Assembly (NCBI GenBank): GCA_051362555.1
Contig: CM120648.1
Span: 11,900,587 to 11,964,586 of the forward strand
Source of the DNA: Lingula anatina
Taxonomy: Eukaryota; Animalia; Brachiopoda
Direction of reading: 5' to 3'
DNA: 64,000 nucleotides
The notes beneath the pieces are model-generated. The model had not been told where the DNA came from. It did not search any database and worked only from the letters and a program-made list of their open reading frames with translations. The translations under genes were made by a program, and so were the position numbers. The stretch's first letter is position 1. Each line of letters starts with the position of its first letter. Shown piece after piece: positions 54,201 to 64,000 of this stretch.

Positions 54201-54579
54201 AATAATGCTATTAATATTGCAATTTAAACTTCTATACTTTCATTATAAAAACATTATCATTACAAGTAATTTCAATGAAAGCAGTCCCTTACATGTGGCA
54301 TTTTATTCTTTCAAATTTTAAGTGTCCAAATTTGCGTCAGTTCACAACCGCTGTCTCACCTAGCATATTCTGTTCACTTTCTTTCATCTATGTTTACATC
54401 TGTTAACTTTGTAGATGCTTCTCAGCTACATGTATTTTGCCTCCTTGATGTCCATGGGGTCAGAGTCAGGCGACCAGGCACCCCCTGCTCCCCCCTCACG
54501 AGAAGAAGAGGACGAGGAAAGCGGCAGAAGGTTGACGCACAGGGCAGAAAATGGCGGCAGTGAGTATCAGAGAATATGA
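47877..54579 (+). CDS. Channel-like gene B (paralogue of A): filter STATLCGASTI; 273 aa from ATG 50323, or 307 aa with upstream exon 47877-47968
   Basis: Exons [47877-47968], 50313(50323)-50475, 50837-50920, 51130-51207, 51516-51576, 52026-52141, 53225-53333, 53613-53668, 54415-54579. Same intron positions and phases as gene A. The upstream exon has a strong Kozak context (aagATGG) and a phase-2 donor matching acceptor 50311-50312, but is less certain. Confidence 0.86.
49613..49842. mobile_element. Dispersed palindromic repeat, inverted relative to 38603-38850
   Basis: cattcccagaccctatcgtactaactgtgga is the reverse complement of ~38820-38851. Confidence 0.6.
52180..52340 (-). mobile_element. 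Kolobok-like MITE, short copy
   Basis: TTAA TSDs, AGGGATAACAAC/GTTGTTATCCCT TIRs. Confidence 0.75.
53683..54021 (+). mobile_element. Kolobok-like MITE (~340 bp)
   Basis: TTAA TSDs; AGGGATAATAACTC/GAGTTATTATCCCT TIRs; inserted 14 nt after an exon donor. Confidence 0.85.
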
Positions 54580-55273
54580 CACCACTGCGATGTTCATATT
54601 GTCGAGGCGGCTTCTCTTGGGTTTATACTGAGCGCCATCTATACACCACGTGACTTAGAAAAGCCTTACAGGACAAGGTGCTCATGCTGTTGAGGAGGAG
54701 GAGGAAAAAGAGGAGGAAGAGGTTTCACAAAAGAGTTCTTGCCTGAAACTCACAAAAACTGATACAGTTGTCTGAACTTTTGGAACAAACAGTTTGTTTG
54801 ACCTACCTCAGTTCTAGACAATTTTGTCTAGAACATTGTGTAGCCTCTTACAGTGCGTTTTTTCATTGTGGAAATGAAATAGAAATGGACAAATATAATT
54901 AGGAGAGACAGATAAAGAGAAATCAAATGATTGATTTCCCAATTAGGTTGCCATGACGACGTACGCTAATAAAATTATTGTCAATTTTTGAGCGCATGAT
55001 GAGTAACAGTCCACAACAGGTATTGTGCACGTACATGTACCATGAAATGGTTTGTTTGACCAGTAATCGATTTTTCCAAAAAAAAAAAAAAAAAAAAAAA
55101 AGAGGAATAAAAATATAAATACGGTGTTATATTTATTTAGTTAAAATAATGATGAACGTTAAACCCGTAAGTAACACCTTTTGCTCTGGTTTACCTCCAA
55201 CTTGGTGCAAAAGAAGTTATATTTGAACTATTTTCAATTTGCAAACGTCTCACAAAGCCTGTGCCCCTTTATA

Positions 55274-55481
55274 CCCCCTTTACACTGGACGGCGTCCTTT
55301 CTGCGACCATGAAATTTGGCATCGCTGTGGTCTTAATAAGGAGGCACGAGCATTGATTTGGTATCAGAATGAATGCTCAATGATCGGCCAGTTGTCGGCA
55401 CGTAAAGTATTATAATTCTTTAACTCTCAAATGGGGCCGAACTGCTGGACGCAGAAGGGACGCCGTCCAGTGTAAAGGGGG
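55274..55481. mobile_element. MITE with ~35-bp TIRs (CCCCCTTTACACTGGACGGCGTCC...)
   Basis: Near-perfect terminal inverted repeats. Confidence 0.7.
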
Positions 55482-57330
55482 CTTTACTGACCCAAGTGGG
55501 TGGAGATGTGGGGCATCAGCAGCTGGACATCTTCGGGATTCGGAGACCATTTATGCTATTGGTGACAAAAATATCACTTTTATGGTATAGATACTCGACG
55601 TGTTTTCTAGCTTCCGGTGAGGTATGAATTTTGGACGCTTCATGGAAGAAACCAAGGGCTTTGTTAAAACACGACTCCTGAGTCTTTTGATGGTGGGTGG
55701 AAACGTCGTGCTTCATAAGTAAAGGCATATAGATTCTCTTAACACGATTAACATTACAACAGAGGATGAGAACGTAATCCACCACAAGAATATCTTCGTT
55801 TTGTGTAAAAATTTTTATTGCACCTTACTCACTGAGTGATGTTCAGAGTTTGGGATGATAATTCTATTCTTATGGTGGAATAGATTTTCATCATTTTTGT
55901 CATGATTGTAAAAGTAAATCATATTGTTTCAAAAGAAACAAACTAAAAAGGTTTTATGTGTGTGTGTGTGTGTGTGTGTGTGTTTCTGTGTGTGTATGCG
56001 TTCGTGCGTGCGTGCGTGGGGCAGAAGAAGGGACAGGTGCCGGACTAGGGGCGCACGTTGTTCCCCGATTTATGAAATGTTGGAAGGACAATTTGTCCTC
56101 ATTTGGATCGTTGTCATAACACTGGCACACTAACAGGCAAACAAATTGATACGGTATGAATCATCACTTTATGGGGGTAGAAATCGCCTCTGTTAATGAT
56201 CCTAACGATCGACTGGCGCTAAACGTTTTAGGACAAGAAAGACAATACACTGAATTATTAATGAAAAAAATGAATGTTATATGGGACCGAGCAAACAACC
56301 GAGAATAACGCAGATAAAAGGGCGTCCCATTTACTTTGAGGACACTTTGTTGGGACGAACAAAACCAATTATGTCATGATTCAGTAGCTGTATTGCTCCC
56401 ATGAGAACTAAGTAGCAAAGGGCCCAAATGCGTTTTGTGAGTGCAACATGCAAGTCTCACACAGTCCATACATCTTTATTCCAAGGGGCGCGGTGTGCAT
56501 CCCTACGAAAAGTGACCACATGTTGCTTAACGGACGACAAATAGTCCCACATCAACAATCATTTCTATGTTATAAAATCTTCTCTGACACCTGCTTTCCC
56601 GATATATAAATAATCGTTTTTTTTAATAAAGTTTTTTTGTTAGAATTCTGAAGCGAAAGAAAAAAAAAACGTTTTCGAGCTAATCAGCCTTTCATAAAAT
56701 ATGATTTATGCTACTTCCAAATTTTTGTCCGTCACCCGGGACACAAGGAAAAAACTTTAGCCATTAAATTAGTCTAAATATATAGAATTACATTATAGTC
56801 TACTTTGTCTACTTCGTTTACTTATAGTCTTATTTGGCCCAACAAAAAGTGTAGCCAAATTAAATGGAATATTGTCTCTGTGTTGTTATAGGAATAATGT
56901 TTCTGACCAATAATTATTACTTCAGTTTTAGACTGCCTTGCATCTCGCATTGATGTAGAGGTAACATTGGTCGAAAAGCTTAGACTAATTTCCATGCCTT
57001 TTATAATTGTAAACCCAGTTCCAGAAAACTTCAAAGCGACGTACGAAGTATTGCATTTACTGCGTTAAGTTCTAAGTCGAACATTCCTCTGGCAAACGAT
57101 AATGATTATAATGATATACAGTATAATGAATTCGTGTTAATTGTCCATTACACCCACAAAGTATACTTTTGATGAACATTTATTGCGCTAAAACGATATA
57201 ATCATTGTTCGTTATGTACAAACATTAGGCTTAAACATATTAAGACCATAAGGCCCAAATATATTTGTTGATTTACCAAGGTGAGGTGTTGATTTACCAA
57301 GGTGTGGTGTATGTGCGCGCGCGCGTATGC

Positions 57331-57361
<31 letters not shown>

Positions 57362-57809
57362 CGTGCGTGTATGTGTGCGTGGGCGTGTTAATATTTTCAG
57401 ATATTCATTTGCAAATGCATGGGGATGTGCGCTTTACTACTTGTGTTGTACATAAAATCACAACTGGTAATATCTACAGTTTGTCAATAAATTAATTGGT
57501 AACGAAGCCATTTACAACGTCGAAGGTAATTTACTGACGGTTCCAATTGTTTTTTCTCAGTTTATCCTTACAGTGCCTAACAAGACAAGCATAGGCTTAC
57601 GTGACATTTAGCACTTTTGATTTACGCACTTCGTCGTTCAAATAATTTGGTGCCTTTTGAAATATTGGAAAACAATTACATCAACAGAATTAGGATATGT
57701 ACCGACGATTCCAATTTCAAAATATTTGAAATACAATTAGTTTTACAAAATAAAGTGATTTAGTGGCGATTCTTATTTTACTTGACGCAATTTTTTTTTC
57801 ACGACGAAC

Positions 57810-59006
57810 CTAAAGTTTTGTGTTGTCGTTTGCAAGTGGCCGTTTACATTTTTCTCTCCCTTGAACTTCCTTTCCAGAGCTGTTATGTCGATTAATTTTT
57901 GTGGACGCAGTTTTATTTGAAATACTCCCTTTCTTGCCGTTTCCCTTTCCACAACGAAACAGTTTTAACATATCTTGACGAAACCGATTGCCCCAAAGGC
58001 AATATATGATGAAATTAACTGCCGCGTTGATTATCAAGAGCAGAGTCACAATTTGCCCAAACAGGTTTGCGCCGAATCTGGTCATTTTAAAGCTCCCTAC
58101 GATGACTAATTCGAAATAATAAATTTGGAGCAGAAAATCGGGTGTCTGACAAGCCACAAACACGAAGACCACAACAACCAGTACAAATGTAACATCGTCG
58201 CGGCCAGATTTCCCTTTTACCTCGGCGAGATTCACTCTCTGCTTGGCGGCTCGGCGGAGAGTCCAGATCAGCTTCATGTTGACGATTGCCAGTATCAACA
58301 TTGGGACGATATACATTGTAATAAAATAAAAACCAATGCCATACACGAGAAAATAAACCATAGAATTCCCCAGCTCGCTGTTCATCATTATGTGTCCATT
58401 CTCACCATCCGGGTACTTGCAAGGTACCAAATCAAGCTCAAAGAAATGAGGAATATTGTAAGCAATGGTCAAAAAGAACACGGCGACCACTTTTAACTGT
58501 GTTCTTTTTGTTCGTGGATTAGTGGCGGCTTGGATGGGATTGGTGATCACATAATGTCTGTCCAGGGTGACTAGTACTATTAACCAAACGCTCGCCTGCT
58601 GGGAGATATACATCAGGGGTTTCACGTACGGCATGAGCAGAGGATGAAGCGCCCTCAGATACCATCGTATCTGACCCGTATACTTGTTGATCCCGATGAA
58701 GACGACGTAAAAGAGATTGGAGAGAAGATAGAGCGAGTCGGAAACTGCCACACCTTGGAGCAAGATAGAAGTGGTCGTCAGAGGTCGCTCGCGGGAGAGA
58801 ACGATGATAGAGAGAGCATTCCCACAAATACCGAAGATGATAAAACCGAAACCGATTACGGAGTTGGTCCAAAAGACGGTCGTTGCGCGGGTTGGGTCCC
58901 ATACGTTCTCTGGACAAACCGTGGAGTTGACCGATGAGTTGTCCGTTAAAAAGCCCTCAAACATGACGGAGCTGTTGAAATCTGGGAATACAGTTGCATT
59001 CTCCAT
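57810..59006 (-). CDS. Class A (rhodopsin-like) peptide GPCR, FMRFamide-receptor-like family, single coding exon, 398 aa
   Basis: Seven hydrophobic segments; TM1 GICGN, TM2 AVSD, TM3 LDRH (DRY variant), TM4 YNIPHFFE, TM5 IVP, TM6 ACQTP, TM7 NAAVNFIIY. N-glycosylation sequons in the N-terminus. Acceptor at 59049-59050 implies an upstream UTR exon (candidate donor near 62105). Confidence 0.93.
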   Translation of the reverse strand: MENATVFPDFNSSVMFEGFLTDNSSVNSTVCPENVWDPTRATTVFWTNSVIGFGFIIFGICGNALSIIVLSRERPLTTTSILLQGVAVSDSLYLLSNLFYVVFIGINKYTGQIRWYLRALHPLLMPYVKPLMYISQQASVWLIVLVTLDRHYVITNPIQAATNPRTKRTQLKVVAVFFLTIAYNIPHFFELDLVPCKYPDGENGHIMMNSELGNSMVYFLVYGIGFYFITMYIVPMLILAIVNMKLIWTLRRAAKQRVNLAEVKGKSGRDDVTFVLVVVVFVFVACQTPDFLLQIYYFELVIVGSFKMTRFGANLFGQIVTLLLIINAAVNFIIYCLWGNRFRQDMLKLFRCGKGNGKKGSISNKTASTKINRHNSSGKEVQGREKCKRPLANDNTKL

Positions 59007-60782
59007 TATAGTTTCGGTTTCGTTTTCAGAGGCTACAAGTTGGTTTATCTAAAAATAATAAAAATGGATATTAAAGGCACAATAAAGCACCTAAACAAAA
59101 GTGAATCGATTAAGTAAAATATTGATAAATAAAATATTGAAAATATTAATAAAATATTAAAAATATGAATAATATATTATTTATTTATTTTTATTTTTTA
59201 TTTATCTTTATTTATTTATTTATTTATTTATTTATTGGTCTGAATAATGCAAACAATGCATGCAAAGAATAAAATGACCCGTTAGTTCGGAAAGGCGCCA
59301 TGCTATTTCCGCTTATTACTTGGAGCAATAATTGGCTGAACGTTTCAATTTAGCGTCCCCCATTTTTGACACTTACGCCCGTGCCTATTGACAATAGGTG
59401 GTCTTTTGGGACTCTCCTAACCAACCTTCGAATCCACCCTTTTCCTGCACATAGGATATCACCCATACTTTATTGAGCTTTGCTGAGGAATTTGAAATAG
59501 ACCACAAAAAGCATCTCGACTGCAAATAACAAATTCAATAACCTGCGTGGTAGTGCTACCTTCCCGGGGTGCTTATCCTAAATTGACTCCACCACGGGGA
59601 CATTTACTGGTAAGTGATTTTACGGGCCCAAGAGCTAATACTATGATACCTATCCCAAGTGACATTGCGGGCACAAATGGCGGGACACAGCGGTAAATTT
59701 GTCATGTTTTAATTGGTTATATGTTTCAGTTGACAGCCGAGCCTTCGAGTGTTTACGTGGGTCCATTTTCCTGAGGACAGTAAATTTCCCACGAGTTAAT
59801 TGCGCATTATCTTAATTTGAATTAAAGTGATGTATGGTCGCTGTTGTTAATTGGAGGCGCAATATCACACCTGAATTAATTGGAAGAGACACCAAATTTA
59901 TATCTCTGGGGTAATTATGAATAGTGCATGGCAGGCATAGTATATCAACGTAATTGGTTCATTAGTCTTTCGACATGAAAGGCGTACACCACACGTTTAT
60001 AACTTTATTTAGAAAAAAAAAAACCTGGAAATGTTAGTAATTTTATTTTAATCACCAAAGTGAACCTTATCCACAAGATGAACTGTTGAGCAAATTACCG
60101 ATTTTTGAGAATGAGACCCAATACGCCAGCACGCTTTAGATAAAGATAACAGAAAGTTAAATAAATAAATAAGTAATAAAGATATAAATAAGTGATAAAT
60201 ATATAAATTGAAAACAAACAAATACATACCTAAATAACTAACTGGCATTACCTATTTTACCCCAAACAAAAGTACTCATTATCCTCTAACGATGCAACTC
60301 AATGTCAATTTGTTTGACTTTTGGGAAGCACCATAACGCACAGCGGAGATTAAACAATCACTATGTGTGACATTTGCGACGTTACCGCTTTCAGAATATC
60401 CGTTTTGGTGTTTTGACAGCTCTTCACTATACTAATGCATATAACGTTTGTATTTGTTCGGAACGATATGTGCGTCTTTATGGTCTTCAGTAACATAGAA
60501 AGATAATTATGGCACTGTGGGACTTTTTTGTCTTTTTCCTGTCGTTCTTACCTTTTTTAGGGGGGGGGGGGGCGTTTTGGGCACAAGGATAAAAAGTTTT
60601 ACTTTTTTTTTTGGCAAATTCAAAATAGCACACGCAGATAGTTTTACTAGAATATGTAGGGTACAGGGGTTGAAAAGTGGCCCGATTTTGGCTCATTCTA
60701 CTGTTTAATGTTGCAGGGGGGGGGGGGTACCACAGAAGCTAAAGGAGAGACACCTCCCACTGTGCTTCCTCCTCCTCCTACC

Positions 60783-60816
<34 letters not shown>

Positions 60817-62494
60817 ATTAGCCTGTGTATTTAAATACCATGTCTTTCTGAAACAAGAACACAGGTAAAATACACGATAGCCTAGGAAGTGATTCTGATG
60901 GATAACAGCCCAAGCCACTTTAACTATTAGCTTTGATGAGGGATTGAGCAAAGCAATCTCTTAGGCAATTTTATAGACAAATGTGTATTACTGTTACAGG
61001 CGACAATATTAGTACGTAGGGCGGAGTCGTTTTATCCACATTGTCGCTGTAAAAAATCTATTAAAACTTCGACGTTGATTTAAAGCACAAATATGGAAGT
61101 CAACCAGTCGTGTGCTTTATATTAAGTAGATGGATCTTTTTACACACTCCATATCTCTACAGAATGTATGGTTATATTTGTGCGACGTTTCATTTACAGT
61201 GCCTTCAAATACGCATCTTGCATAATATTGTCGATCAATTCTTGTAACATCAGTATGATGTGGAGATCGAAACATATGGTCAATTAAGTAACATTTTTTA
61301 TTAATTAGTTAATACGCGACATGCCTTTGTGACACTTGATGTATGGGGGATGTACGTGGCACCTTATCAAATTATACTGCTGCATGCTTGCAGATTTAGT
61401 CATTTTTACCTCAGATTTCCCAAAGGAATCATCATATGAACTGATTGCAAAAATGATGGAAACAACAGGAATAACAATGTTATATTTAAAAAAAATTGCC
61501 TTGTAAATCACCGACTCTACGCCCTAATTAAGCGTAGATTAACTTGATATCCAGCGTCTTAAAAACAATAAACGAAAGCATTTATTTCTTATACATCTAT
61601 ATGTTGTCAAGAGCGTATTCAGACCAAGTTGTTCCGCGGACTAAATATGGCCAACTTACTTTTAAGTTTTAACTTTTAAAAAAGCAATTTTGCTAAATCC
61701 CTGATGGTCACCCCTCCCCCCCCCCTCCACACGCTCCGTCCCTGCAGGCGCCTACCAATTAAACCTCAGAGTCGAGATGAAATCCGTTCAATGGCGAGTG
61801 TGGAGGCGGGGAAACCATCGGGAAATGAGAGCCATCGCTTTCAAGTGGGCCGGCTATATTTAGTAGGCGGATTATCTGTTCTGAATACGCTCATTGTAAT
61901 CGTAGAACGAGTAGATTGTTTGCGCTTGCGGCACTTCCGACTTCGGCCGAACTCGTCAATAGCGGAAATTTGAACTTTAAAAAAAATGCGTTCAGAGTAT
62001 CTTTGAGCACATATGCTAGAGCCTATATCTTAAGGATTATTTTTGCAGTGTTTCCACGAACTGCTATATGCCGTTCCAAGAAGTACTAGAGAAAGTCTAC
62101 CTCACCATTCCCCTATAAGGTTTTAAGTTATACTTGTATCTCAGTATCTTGCTGCTTTCTTATTACGATGTGACAGGAATGGTAGTCCGCTAGGAACCGT
62201 AGTCTGCTCCCTATTACTTTATACAGGTGACATTCGTCCCCTATACTTACCACACCGACTATTTCTATCCTATATTAATCATATGGTCGGATTACGTGCG
62301 ACTACTGTATAGAAACCGAATTCCGTATAAAAATTTTTGTTTATTTATTTTATTGACATCAAATTAATTTCAAGACATGCAATAGTCAGAATAAACACGT
62401 TACACAAGTTCAGAAGTTTTTTTCTTTACTTTGTATTATAAACTCATGTGGCCAAGTGGTCGTTCTAGGAATGATAGAACACTTTGTACCCTAC

Positions 62495-62673
62495 CGCATT
62501 CGGAAAAGCGGACTAACTAGTCTGCGCATCAAGTATGGCGATCCACTTTAAAGCTTTTGTCTTATCCCCTATTAGACACTGATTTGATTCTCCGCGAGGA
62601 TTACGAAATCAACATTCAAGTGGGCCGGCCATATTTGATCTGCGGTCTACTTAGTCCGTCGTTCTGAATGCGA
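62495..62673. mobile_element. MITE family with CGCATTC...GAATGCG ends and internal AATATGGCCG/CCCACTT motif
   Basis: Inverted ends; related pieces at ~7020-7140, ~48390-48500 and ~61614-61890. Confidence 0.55.
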
Positions 62674-63631
62674 CCATATAGGAGAGAGCGGGACGCCTAT
62701 CTGGGACATTGCACGCGTACACATTAACTCCATGAAGCAAATCGATAGATAAATAAAAGAAACAGAAAAGTTGCATTTGCTTATCGCAGATAAACTATAT
62801 CGCGGACTAAGGATAAAACACACTGTTACTGTATTACGTGTGTACTAGGTTTCATAGCGGCGGTTATATTGAGGCTCAAAATCAACTCCCATGAAAAGAA
62901 ATGAACGATATTTGTGTTGTCAAAGGCTATGCCATTTTCGCGTTTGTTTATATTGTTTCATATTATTCAAGTTGTATGTTTCCTGAATACGGGACCTACG
63001 AAACTGTTCTCTTCCACTACAGATTATGTGAATATAAAAGAAAACTTACAAAAGGTTTGTAAAACTTTCACCCCATTGGGACATCAATTAGACATTATAC
63101 ACTATAAATGGACATTTGCTCTCATCTGTATTCAAATACTGTCCCCAAGTATAGGGAGGAAGGTTACTGAACGATAAAAAAATGTTTTTCTAGTGGGTCT
63201 TTTAACAGGCTTGCCAAAGTTCCACTTCAACATAGGATCAGTCAAAAACTACGACCGATAAAAATAATGATAGGCGTATAACAATGCAGTCCAAAAAAGC
63301 CACTCCTCATGCCTAAAAAAGCAAGCCATCATTTTTTGCCATTAATTTAGCGTGCCATGTATACAGATAAATGCCATTTTTACTTACTATCGAAATCAGA
63401 TAAAGTTTCTCCCTCTTTAGAATCCCTTATGTACTGTTGATCAGAAGTAAGTGTGTTCTTCGGCGCTTGACGATAAAATGAAACAAATAATGTATGAACC
63501 AAACACGGTTTTATTGCCTCAGTAATGTAATAATGAATGTGAGGGCCACGTGACTTCGGGCGACCGCTGCGGCATGACTGAGGACAAGGACGTTGCTTGC
63601 ACTCTAGTTGACACAGATAGTTATGACTTGG

Positions 63632-63804
63632 TAGACCCGTAGCCAGGGGGGGTGGGGTTCGGGGGGTTCGAAAGAACCGCCCCTTTTGCTGGAAAAAGGT
63701 CAACTCTGGGTAAAATTTGATCTAGGTACATAATTTTTTTATGGGAAAAGGTCCACTTGTTCAGAAAAAAAGCCCCCCTTTTGAAATTGCTGGCTACGGG
63801 CCTG
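63632..63804. mobile_element. MITE, YAG(A/G)CCCGTAGCCAG TIRs, 5-bp TSD CTTGG
   Basis: TSD at 63627-63631 and 63805-63809. Confidence 0.75.
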
Positions 63805-64000
63805 CTTGGATATATATCTCATGTGTCCTTAATGGAATTTTAGTGAAAGTTTTGATTCATCCAGTTATTTTATACTAAGATAATAAAAAATTGATTGAAA
63901 TAGTGGATCTTACTTTGAAACGGAGATCACTACGTTTCGACCTTATCACAAGGTCTTCTTCAAGTGGACTGATCTCCGTTTCAAAATTAGATCTAGTCTC

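Noticed and set aside
58125-59052. ORFs overlapping the GPCR
   Set aside because: Shadow ORFs of a coding sequence.
63905-63995. Hairpin resembling a pre-miRNA
   Set aside because: At the window edge and more likely a small palindromic repeat; no independent support.

Overview
AT-rich, intron-rich animal genomic DNA, probably a marine invertebrate such as a lophotrochozoan (an inference from repeat types and gene style). Most short ORFs in the track are spurious, so genes were rebuilt by hand from GT-AG exons. Genes, left to right: (1) the 5' part of an unidentified minus-strand gene with GQFxxLD repeats; (2) a complete 17-exon DNAJC11 (565 aa) that shares a compact bidirectional promoter with gene 1; (3) a 6-exon C2H2 zinc-finger gene (~577 aa); (4) two tandem paralogous membrane-protein genes (281 aa and 273/307 aa); (5) an intronless-CDS FMRFamide-receptor-like class A GPCR. 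The zinc-finger gene's introns hold an intact-ORF LINE and a Helentron-type non-autonomous element (HINE) with a nested MITE and a 146-bp satellite. The two paralogues are almost invisible in the ORF track and are the most striking feature. They have a K+-channel-like TM-pore-TM module whose selectivity filter is TLCGAS instead of TVGYGD, plus endolysosomal sorting motifs. Many MITEs and minisatellites are present, several tightly associated with splice junctions.
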